Assembly (NCBI GenBank): GCA_965243025.1
Contig: CBDETY010000003.1
Span: forward strand, 6,176,001 to 6,240,000
Source of the DNA: Candidatus Latescibacterota bacterium
GTDB lineage: Bacteria > Latescibacterota > UBA2968 > UBA8231
Direction: 5' to 3'
DNA length: 64,000 nt
The notes beneath the pieces were generated by a model. It was not told the origin of the DNA, did not search any database, and saw only the letters and a list, made by a program, of their open reading frames with translations. Made by a program: the position numbers and the translations under genes. Within the stretch, counting starts at the first letter, position 1, and each line of letters begins with the position of its first letter. Below are positions 10,701 through 18,180 of this stretch, in pieces.

Positions 10701-10981
10701 CGAGCCTCGAATACAAAGAGGTAATGAAGCTGTTCGAGGCCAAACAGTATGCGGAGGCCGTCGAGGGTTTCAGGACCATCATCAGTAAATACCCGGGGAC
10801 CTACACCGAGTTGGCCGCCTACTGCAACATGGGGCTCTCGTTCGAAATCATGAGAGAATGGTCGAAAGCGGTGGAAAACTACAACACGCTCCTGGAAAAA
10901 GGTGGAGAAGAAGCCCAGAACGCCGATGTGGTCAGCTTCGCAAAGCTGCATCGCGACTGGATCGTTGAAAACAGATTATAG
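7715..10981 (+). CDS. Membrane-anchored multi-TPR protein (BamD/CpoB-type repeats)
   Basis: N-terminal hydrophobic segment; many repeats such as FP.S....A.Y.LG..Y.....Y..A...F. Confidence 0.9.
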   Translation: MLFGLLIVAALGTTVTLSNRFFSPAELQDSFEKGQKLYALGDFEKAIKRYMSVLETESNATIDVEQVDVTVGEFILPVRVAATYQLANTYNKLGLEKLQRSKFLETEGKEAESRQRYGEARDDLGKSLEYFDRLLTDPNVEERTRVMAQYQILETNYELEDFDQVIIEANNLIENFPNSLYETAAYYDLGWANYEQANYREAIENFEEVLTLAPRGSRSDRALFQIAESYGSLEDHDRALIYLDRLIDRYDFDAMTEEELIEMTTLKIKGLVEETARELVAKAQLKKGDIFAGRGMVDEALSAYEVVPERYSAESVLVENSHYKVAELIHETRGLDAAISSYKSAITSVESRRFQAKTQLTVARLLFDAGRYEQAAEEYRVYLSAYPDQAARLGFQEDKVLLRLANCFQFDGQDRKAEDPAGSSSSLDQAASYYRRLLEEFPDSPLVQDAVFGLGFTHQLQGDNEGARQNFDQLAVRHPDHPAAPNALLQLARIAYELEDMDEARSKYLAFLERYGSSDLVNSVHMELGLTYERIGDYPAAIASFNNIEESWEQWSKVQVKAAELHMARQEYDAAEAVLAKAMARVEDPHLSSQLHYMAGRINFVQGEYVEAIEELRKTLELSASDDIIESALLARGSAHYELAKARDAASRTLPARASYEASLEDMQALLERDPDPYIKDSAYRTLGASMISLGRVGEAAQYYDQLIAATADVQEQATFRMLLTELLFENQDFQRAKDNAQGLLDLDFQDDNEAGYYRKERAYSIIGNALLQEGRYKEASGVFAEGLRKYPNSGESANMAFSGAFAQFSGQEYQAAAKRFKRYVDRFPNDRNAVHGRYYLAHSYQALTRFEQAAKEFSALVDKFPGSLYEEEALYLIGENYYNEQDFANAAKAYLVLLKRYFGEYSDEAQYALAWAYFEQEEMEEGVLAMEELVRRFPDSEYASKAQFTIGDFYYNVRNYDRARDAYTLLVENYSESEEAVRAERLIGELSEIQASLEYKEVMKLFEAKQYAEAVEGFRTIISKYPGTYTELAAYCNMGLSFEIMREWSKAVENYNTLLEKGGEEAQNADVVSFAKLHRDWIVENRL

Positions 10982-11041
10982 CCAACTGGGAAGTCGGCAG
11001 ATAACGACAGGCGCAAGCCTGCTACTAAGCGGAGGGATCCA

Positions 11042-11713
11042 ATGTCGCAGAATTTCTTAGTCGATTCGTTTGTCAAAGGCGGCCCGATGATGTGGCCGCT
11101 GTTGCTGTGCTCGCTCATTGCCCTGGGCGTGATCATCGACAGGTTTCTCAATCTCTTCAGAGTTCCGAGTGAAGAAGAGGCGGAGGCGGAGCTCAACGCC
11201 GCCGAGCAGGTGGTGCAAAGTGAGGGGGAACAGGCCGCTGTGGAGCATTTCAGACAGGGGAGCGGGGTTCTCAATTACGTGTTCGCAGCCGTGCTGAAGC
11301 GCTTCGACACTTTGATTCTCGAGAACCGCACCGATGTCGAGGACATGCGGCAGGAGCTGATTCTGGTGACCGAAGAGGCTGGCGTCGACTACCTTGGCCG
11401 TCTTTTGAACGCCCTGGCCACGATCGGGGTACTCGCACCCCTGATGGGACTTCTGGGTACGATCACGGGAATGATCCGGGCTTTCGACGCGATCGCGCGC
11501 GCCGGGGCCGGAGATCCGGCCGCGGTGGCCAGCGGCATTTCCGAAGCCCTGATCACCACGGCGTCCGGATTGATCGTCGCCATCCCCACCATTGTCTTTC
11601 ACCGCTTCCTTTCATCCCGCGCCGACAAGGTGTTCAAACAGGTCGAGCTTTATTGCCACGCTTTCGCCAATACCCTTCTGGTACGGCACACGTCCCAATC
11701 CAGACAGGCATGA
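11042..11713 (+). CDS. exbB: MotA/TolQ/ExbB proton channel subunit
   Basis: GGPMMWPL; APLMGLLGTITGMIRAF; GISEALITTASGLIVAIP. Confidence 0.95.
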   Translation: MSQNFLVDSFVKGGPMMWPLLLCSLIALGVIIDRFLNLFRVPSEEEAEAELNAAEQVVQSEGEQAAVEHFRQGSGVLNYVFAAVLKRFDTLILENRTDVEDMRQELILVTEEAGVDYLGRLLNALATIGVLAPLMGLLGTITGMIRAFDAIARAGAGDPAAVASGISEALITTASGLIVAIPTIVFHRFLSSRADKVFKQVELYCHAFANTLLVRHTSQSRQA

Positions 11714-11740
11714 ATCCGGGAGTCATGAGGAGGCTGCAGA

Positions 11741-12160
11741 ATGGCGAAAAAACGCCTCAGTCATAAGGAATCCCGCTTTGCAGGGGAGACGAATCCCGAC
11801 TTGACCCCCCTGATCAACTGCATGTTCCTGCTGCTGGTCTTTTTCATGGTGGCGACCACCTTCGTAAACCCCAAGGGCCTGAGCGTCGATCTGCCTGGCG
11901 GCCAGGGAGAAGAATCCCGGGCAACCAAGGACATGAACATCGTCATCGAGCAGGACGGAACGCTGACGGTCAATGGCCAATCGACGGCGAAAAACGAACT
12001 GGCGGCACGCATCAAGGAGATCATGGCGGTAGAGAACACCAAGAATGTCATCCTCGAGGCGGCTCGCTCCACAAGCCACGGTGATGTCGTCAAGGTTGTC
12101 GATATCGCCCGCGGGCAGGGGATCGAAGCGGTGGCTTTTGCCAAGGCTTCAGAAGGCTAA
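11741..12160 (+). CDS. exbD: ExbD/TolR family protein, variant with Asn at the conserved Asp
   Basis: DLTPLINCMFLLLVFFMVATTF; periplasmic VDLP...HGDVVKVVD. Confidence 0.9.
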   Translation: MAKKRLSHKESRFAGETNPDLTPLINCMFLLLVFFMVATTFVNPKGLSVDLPGGQGEESRATKDMNIVIEQDGTLTVNGQSTAKNELAARIKEIMAVENTKNVILEAARSTSHGDVVKVVDIARGQGIEAVAFAKASEG

Positions 12161-12181
12161 AGAAACGGAGGGGTTTACCGC

Positions 12182-12610
12182 ATGGCTGGTAGACGGTCCC
12201 TGGCGGAAGAGGCCGGAAAGGTCGAACTCAATCTCACGTCCCTGATAGATGCGGTGTTCCTGCTGCTGATTTTCTTCATGGTGACGACGGTATTCGTCAA
12301 GTCGACAGCCTTGAGAATCGAGTTGCCCGACGCGGTCAACTACGACCAGATCGAACAGGAGAAGAAACTGAATCTGCGCATCTCCTCGGAAGGAAAGCTG
12401 GAGATGAACAGCAGGCTCGTCGGCATGGGAGAGCTCGGCACGTGGATTCGACAGGAGAAGTTTCGCACCGGCTCGACAACCCTCATCATAACCGCCGACG
12501 ACAAGACTCCTCATGGGTACGTCATCGACGCAATGGAAGCTGCCGTTGGTGCCGGTGTCGAGAAAATCGATCTTGAAACAGAGGAACCCGGAAAGAGCAA
12601 GGCCGGGTAA
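12182..12610 (+). CDS. exbD: ExbD/TolR family protein, canonical Asp
   Basis: NLTSLIDAVFLLLIFFMVTT; ADDKTPHGYVIDAM...AGV. Confidence 0.93.
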   Translation: MAGRRSLAEEAGKVELNLTSLIDAVFLLLIFFMVTTVFVKSTALRIELPDAVNYDQIEQEKKLNLRISSEGKLEMNSRLVGMGELGTWIRQEKFRTGSTTLIITADDKTPHGYVIDAMEAAVGAGVEKIDLETEEPGKSKAG

Positions 12611-12643
12611 TTCGAACCAGAAACCAGGCAGGCTGCAAGGACC

Positions 12644-13414
12644 ATGACTCGAACCGCGATTAGTGGACTGGCACTGGCGGCGCTATTCGGGTGCGCCGGA
12701 CTGATCCCGAAGGACCTGAAATACACCGTCCATATGGAACCGGTGCTTCCCGAAGGCAGGCGCGACTATTTCGTGGATGTCGAAGACAGCTCCTTCGTCT
12801 TCAGCAAGGAGGGGGTGCTCGTCAAAGTCAGGCACATGACCGACGACGAGCTGGATCGCCGCTTCCCGCCGCTGTTCGACGGCCGGCACGTCAACCCCTA
12901 CACGCACAACATGAAAGACCCGGAGACCGGCTACATTCCCCCGCGGTTCACCGTTTTCGAAGTCACCGTCGTCAACCTTACGTACGCGAAGGTCGAGTTC
13001 GATCCCGCCAAGGCGGTGCTGTTGACCGACACCGGTGAAGAGCACAAGTACTACGATCCGGGACGGCAGGGAGCCGGCCCGCTCGGTGGAAACACCTTTG
13101 CGAAATACTACAAGACCGAGCTCGGGATATCCGGAAACGAAAAGGAAATCGCGTTGGAGCGCATGGGAATCGTCTACAAGACGATATACCACCGCGAACG
13201 CCCGGTCTTCAAGGGAGATCAACGGTCCGGAATGCTCGTCTTCGATCCTTTGCGCAAGGAGAACAAGGAGATCGCCCTCTCCATCTCGGACTTCGTGCTG
13301 TCTTTCGATGCGAGTGGCAATCCCGAAAGCACCGTCGACATCAGGTACGTACTGGAAGTTGACCAGGGCGTTGTGGAGCTCTCCGCGAAACAGACCGCCA
13401 TGGCTGGTGGTTAG
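12644..13414 (+). CDS. Putative lipoprotein; paralog of 665-1414
   Basis: Lipobox LFG-C; full-length similarity to 665-1414 including the terminal DV.QGV.E. Confidence 0.75.
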   Translation: MTRTAISGLALAALFGCAGLIPKDLKYTVHMEPVLPEGRRDYFVDVEDSSFVFSKEGVLVKVRHMTDDELDRRFPPLFDGRHVNPYTHNMKDPETGYIPPRFTVFEVTVVNLTYAKVEFDPAKAVLLTDTGEEHKYYDPGRQGAGPLGGNTFAKYYKTELGISGNEKEIALERMGIVYKTIYHRERPVFKGDQRSGMLVFDPLRKENKEIALSISDFVLSFDASGNPESTVDIRYVLEVDQGVVELSAKQTAMAGG

Positions 13415-13492
13415 ACTCGAACATCCCTGAGTTTACCCATCGGCAAGCCAACCACCTTCAGGAGCTGGAACGGGATTCCAGCTCCTGATTCT

Positions 13493-15175
13493 TTGTCGGC
13501 ACTGACGAGGACGGCGGTGACCTCCTTGTTTTTCGCCTGTTCGCAGCCCCAGGATCCATCCATTCTGGCAATTGTCGCCCAATCCCCCATCACCGTTGCC
13601 GATCTGCGCGCCCTCGAACCGGACGACCCGCCGCGGGTGGATGCCGGGGAACGGTTCGAGCGTCTCCGGGAGGATTTACAGACCCTCGTCGACAGGGAAC
13701 TGCTGCTGATCGCCTCCCGGGACCAGGGTCTCGATACCGGGGAGGTGGTTGTCAGCAGGCTGGAACGCAGCGAGGAGGTGCGGCTTGCCCGTACCGCGAT
13801 GGCCGTGGCGGCTGGCGAACGCATCTCCGTTACCAGCGCGGAAATTGCGGAAGTGTACGAAGCGGGGTGGAATGAACGCCTGGAAGCTCTCGAAATATTC
13901 GTCCCGGCCGAGGCGGAAGCCGACCGGGCGGTGCAACGGCTGGAAGCCGGCGGGAGTTTTGCGGATGTAGCGGCTGAATTCGCCGTCGACCCGGTAGTCA
14001 GGGTCCCGTCCGGCGGACCCCGGAAAGCGGCTTACCTGCCATTCCAATCACCGAGAGCGTTGGTCGAAATCCTGTTCGAACTCCAACCGGGCCAAAGGAC
14101 TCCACCGATAGCAGTCGCCGGAGGGTATGTGGTGGCCAAGGTTACGGCCCGCGATACGCTTGCCCTTGAAGAGTTGGAGAACCCCTTGAGGAAGCAGTTG
14201 GAAAAGGAGAAAGCGCAGGTATTCAGAGCCCGATACCTGCGACGTCTCCGCAAGGAGATCTCCCTGCAGGAGGATTCGACGGGATTGCGCGTTGCCGTCG
14301 AGGTCCTGCGGAATGGCACGCCTGTGTCCGACCTCAACCGGGAACAGCTGGATCACCCTGTCTACAGGTCGAGCGATTTTGTTGTCGATGTCGAGGAAGC
14401 CGTGGAGGCTCTGCGCGCAAGCCGTCGTACCTGGAAATCATCGGCGACCCGGCCCGCCGTGATCCAGGCGATTCGGGATCAGATACTGACGGCACGGGTG
14501 CTGGCATGGGATGGAAGGCGCCTGGGTGCCGATCGGACAGAGGAATTCCAGGCATGGCGGAACCGGGAGCTGGAAAAACAGATGATCACCCGGCTTCGGG
14601 AGCGGCTGTTGGCTGATTCCGTCGCGGTCGCCGAGGAGGACATCCAGGCCCACTACGAAACGACGAAACACAGGTTCCGGATTCCCGCCGCGGCGCTCGT
14701 TGCCGAAATACTGGTCGTTGAACCGGATCTCGCCCATCGCCTGCGCAAACGCCTGGAGGAAGGAGAGGACATCGAGGGGCTGGCATCCCGTTTCACGATA
14801 CGAGGGGCCGACCGTATCGAGGGGGCCCGGACGAGGTTCTGGGTCTACGACCTTCAGACTCCCATTTACAGCGAGGAGTGGATGAGAGCCGTCTTCAGCA
14901 CACCACTGCATCGGGTGACAGGGCCGCTGCTCACCAAGGGAGGATACTCGGTCTTTCAGGTACTCGATCGCCGCGGTGAGGAGTATCACCCGCTCGAGCT
15001 GCCGCGGGTCCGCGAGGGGGTGACCCGCGAAGTGCGGGAAATGGAGGGGCGCCGGGTTTTCAACCAGTATGTGAAACGGTTGCGCCGCCAGTACTCATCC
15101 TCGGTGGCGGTTTACGAGGACAATCTCAGGGCCTTCGGGGGCGGCCCCGACAACGCTCTCGCTTCCTCACCCTGA
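13493..15175 (+). CDS. SurA/PrsA-like chaperone with two degenerate parvulin (PpiC) domains; start uncertain
   Basis: Possible lipobox FFA-C; L..LVDRELL..A....GLD; two A......LE.G..F..A..F and T.P.....GY.V..V units. Confidence 0.75.
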   Translation: MSALTRTAVTSLFFACSQPQDPSILAIVAQSPITVADLRALEPDDPPRVDAGERFERLREDLQTLVDRELLLIASRDQGLDTGEVVVSRLERSEEVRLARTAMAVAAGERISVTSAEIAEVYEAGWNERLEALEIFVPAEAEADRAVQRLEAGGSFADVAAEFAVDPVVRVPSGGPRKAAYLPFQSPRALVEILFELQPGQRTPPIAVAGGYVVAKVTARDTLALEELENPLRKQLEKEKAQVFRARYLRRLRKEISLQEDSTGLRVAVEVLRNGTPVSDLNREQLDHPVYRSSDFVVDVEEAVEALRASRRTWKSSATRPAVIQAIRDQILTARVLAWDGRRLGADRTEEFQAWRNRELEKQMITRLRERLLADSVAVAEEDIQAHYETTKHRFRIPAAALVAEILVVEPDLAHRLRKRLEEGEDIEGLASRFTIRGADRIEGARTRFWVYDLQTPIYSEEWMRAVFSTPLHRVTGPLLTKGGYSVFQVLDRRGEEYHPLELPRVREGVTREVREMEGRRVFNQYVKRLRRQYSSSVAVYEDNLRAFGGGPDNALASSP

Positions 15176-15191
15176 CGACCGGAACAAGGCG

Positions 15192-17174
15192 ATGGCACGC
15201 GAAGCCCCGGAACGCTTCGACATCGTTCCCGAAGACGCACCGTTCGAGCCCGGGTTCAACCTCAAGACCCTGCTGGCGGCCCTTTTCGTCGGGTTCGTGA
15301 TGCTCCCGGGGGCCATTTACCTGGGGCTGGTAACCGGTCAGAGCACCGCAGGCGGCGCCGAATGGGTCACCCTGATCCTGTTCATCGAGATCACCAAACG
15401 CTCGTTCGTCAGACTGCGAACCCAAGAGATCATAATAATCTACTGGGTTGCCAGCGGACTGGTGATGATGGGAGGCAAGCTCGGAACCAGCGCCGAGCTG
15501 TTCGGCGGTCCTTTCGGCGTGCTGATCTGGGACCAGTACCTGATCCAGTCGCCGCAGGCGGACGGCCTGGCGGAATACATACCGGACTGGGTGGTTCCCC
15601 CGCGGGGATCCCGCGCCCTGCTCGAGCGCACCTTCCTCGACGGCGCCTGGATCAAACCCGTCATAGTACTCATCCTCGCCGTGGTATTGCAGCGCGTCAA
15701 CGCCTTGTCCCTCGGTTACGTGCTTTTTCGCGTGACCGGGGATGTCGAAAAGCTGCCGTTTCCCATGGCCCGCGTTCAGGCCGGGGGCGCCACCGCCCTG
15801 GCTGAAACCTCCGCGAAACAGGAGAGCTGGCGCTGGCACGTGTTCAGTACGGGCACATTCATCGGGGCTTCGTGGGGGGTTCTGTACGTCGTGGTGCCCA
15901 CTTTGTCGGGAGTATTCCTGACCGAAACCGTCTCGATCCTTCCAATCCCGTTCTTCGACTTCACGGTTACGATGAAGGCGGTCCTCCCGGCGACGGTAAT
16001 CGGCATGGCCACCGATCTCGTTCATTTCCTGATTGGCCTGGTCCTGCCCTTCTGGGTCGTGGTGGGGGCATTCTCGTCGTCCATCCTGATCAACCTGGTG
16101 GCCAATCCGATCTTGTACAGCGCCGGGGTGCTCCACACCTGGTCGCCCGGAATGTCGGCCCTGCCGACGATGATTTCGAATCTCTTCGACTTCTGGTTGA
16201 GCTTCTCGATCGGCGGAGCGATCGTGGTCGCCCTCACCGGGTTCTGGTTGGCAGGCAAGGCGATCGGCGCCGGGGGGTTGAGCGGTGCTGCCGCTTTCCG
16301 TTCCTCGACCCCGGAGGGCCGCGGCGACATGCGCATACTCAAGGCGCTGCTCATCTGGGCGGTGACCACTGCCGCCTTCGTCGTCATGGTATACGTGCTG
16401 GTTCCGGACTTTCCCGTCTGGATGACGGCATTCTTCGGGTTTGTCTGGACCCCCATCTACTCGTACATCGGGGCGCGCATGATCGGCATTACGGGCAGCC
16501 CCCAGGGGGTGACTTTTCCCTACCTGCGCGAGGGGAGCTTTTACATGTCCGGGTACCAGGGGGCGTCGATATGGTTCGCTCCGGTGCCGATCTTCCAGTG
16601 GGGCTACGAAGTCCAGGCCTTCAAGCAGCTCGACATGACCCGCACCACCTTCGGCAGCTTCGTCAAGATGACCGCGCTGGCGCTGCTGATCATGATATTC
16701 TGCAGTTTCCTGTTCTGGTCCTGGATCTGGGCCCTCGGAGAGATCCCTTCCTCCGCGTTTCCGTATGTGCAGAAGTTCTGGCCCTTCCACGCGACGATGC
16801 AGTCGTTCTGGGCCAAGTCGACGCTTCCCGGGGCGGAGGGGAGTCTGATCACCGAGATCATCCGCTGGGACTACATCGCCATCGGCGCTGCCTTCAGCGC
16901 CCTGTTCTACGCCGCGGTCAATGTTCTGAACGGCCCTGTAGGGCTATTTTACGGCTTCGTCGGGGGTTTGGGGCAGTGGCCCCATTTCGTCATCCCGAAC
17001 TTCATCGGCGCAATGGTCGGCAAATTCTATCTGCGCCGGAGATTCGGGGACCAGAGGTGGCAGGCCTACGCCCCCATCCTGCTCGCCGGGTATTCGTGCG
17101 GCGTCGGACTTATCGGCATGACGTCCATCGCCATTGCGCTGATTTCGAAAGCGGTCTCGCACGTCTCCTTCTGA
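15192..17174 (+). CDS. OPT-like polytopic membrane protein ('peptide transporter')
   Basis: Many TM helices; motif DVEKLPFPMA matches the OPT-family E.L.FP motif. Confidence 0.7.
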   Translation: MAREAPERFDIVPEDAPFEPGFNLKTLLAALFVGFVMLPGAIYLGLVTGQSTAGGAEWVTLILFIEITKRSFVRLRTQEIIIIYWVASGLVMMGGKLGTSAELFGGPFGVLIWDQYLIQSPQADGLAEYIPDWVVPPRGSRALLERTFLDGAWIKPVIVLILAVVLQRVNALSLGYVLFRVTGDVEKLPFPMARVQAGGATALAETSAKQESWRWHVFSTGTFIGASWGVLYVVVPTLSGVFLTETVSILPIPFFDFTVTMKAVLPATVIGMATDLVHFLIGLVLPFWVVVGAFSSSILINLVANPILYSAGVLHTWSPGMSALPTMISNLFDFWLSFSIGGAIVVALTGFWLAGKAIGAGGLSGAAAFRSSTPEGRGDMRILKALLIWAVTTAAFVVMVYVLVPDFPVWMTAFFGFVWTPIYSYIGARMIGITGSPQGVTFPYLREGSFYMSGYQGASIWFAPVPIFQWGYEVQAFKQLDMTRTTFGSFVKMTALALLIMIFCSFLFWSWIWALGEIPSSAFPYVQKFWPFHATMQSFWAKSTLPGAEGSLITEIIRWDYIAIGAAFSALFYAAVNVLNGPVGLFYGFVGGLGQWPHFVIPNFIGAMVGKFYLRRRFGDQRWQAYAPILLAGYSCGVGLIGMTSIAIALISKAVSHVSF

Positions 17175-17175
17175 G

Positions 17176-18135
17176 GTGGCAACGTTGCCTGGGCCTACAG
17201 ACGACACGCGGACAGCGATCACAATCCCCCTCGCCCACGTGCTGCTGGCGCTTTGTCTTTGCGAGTGGTCGTGCAGCGACGGCGGTTCGACCCCTGCCGG
17301 CCCGGCTGTTTCCGGGGACCCCCCTTCCTCGACGGGGCCGCCGTCGAACGGTTCCGCCCTCTCGGCAGCAGGGAGTGCCCCGGAAACTTCCGCCGCGAAC
17401 CCCGCACCGCAGGAGATCGCAGCCGGGGCCACCCTTTTCGTCTCCCCTGACAGCAGCGCGGCGCACCAGATGGTCCTGGTTTCAGAGGGTCCGTTCCAGA
17501 TGGGCTCCGAGACGGGGTACCCTGCCGAGTCCCCGGTTCACGTGGTGACCCTCGGAGCGTTTTTCATCGATGTCTATGAAGTGACAGTGGCTCAGTACCG
17601 GGCCTGTTTGGAAGCCGGTTTCTGCAGCGAGCCGGCGGACGCGGACCGCTGTGAGTGGACCGAGGGCGGTCCCGACAATCACCCGATCAACTGCGTGTAC
17701 TGGCAGCAGGCATTCGATTACTGCAGCTGGGCGGGGCTGCGCCTGCCGACCGAGGCGGAATGGGAAAAGGCAGCGCGCGGCACGGACGGTCGTACCTATC
17801 CCTGGGGGGAGGAGGAGATCGACCGGGACCGCGCCAACTACAAGGGGACAAACACCGCCAAGCCTGTAGGCAGCTATTCGGAAGGAGTCTCTCCCTACGG
17901 GGCCTACGACATGTCGGGCAATGTCTGGGAGTGGGTCGGGGATTGGTGGGACGAGAACTACTACTCGACCAGCCCCGCCGACAACCCGACGGGTCCCGAC
18001 AGCGGTGAGTTCAAGGTTCTGCGCAGCGGCTCCTGGTGTTTTCTGGAATTCTCGCAGCGTTCCACCCGCAGGGAACCGTACGATCCGCAAGTTACCGACA
18101 TGGACATCGGTTTTCGCTGCGCCCGCGACATATGA
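17176..18135 (+). CDS. FGE-sulfatase (SUMF1/CLec fold) domain lipoprotein
   Basis: FQMGS...P.H.V...F.ID.YEVT; RLPTEAEWEKAARG; YDMSGNVWEW; GFRCA; Pro/Ser/Ala linker after EWS-C. Confidence 0.9.
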   Translation: MATLPGPTDDTRTAITIPLAHVLLALCLCEWSCSDGGSTPAGPAVSGDPPSSTGPPSNGSALSAAGSAPETSAANPAPQEIAAGATLFVSPDSSAAHQMVLVSEGPFQMGSETGYPAESPVHVVTLGAFFIDVYEVTVAQYRACLEAGFCSEPADADRCEWTEGGPDNHPINCVYWQQAFDYCSWAGLRLPTEAEWEKAARGTDGRTYPWGEEEIDRDRANYKGTNTAKPVGSYSEGVSPYGAYDMSGNVWEWVGDWWDENYYSTSPADNPTGPDSGEFKVLRSGSWCFLEFSQRSTRREPYDPQVTDMDIGFRCARDI

Positions 18136-18180
18136 GCGGGGCGATCCTGTCTCCCGGGTACTCACCTTCACCGTAATCCC

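Noticed and set aside
5758-10951. Long antisense ORFs (5758-7770, 8990-10951; also 22548-24782, 26902-29310, 37420-38859)
   Set aside because: Shadow ORFs expected from high GC3 codon bias opposite well-supported genes; no motifs.
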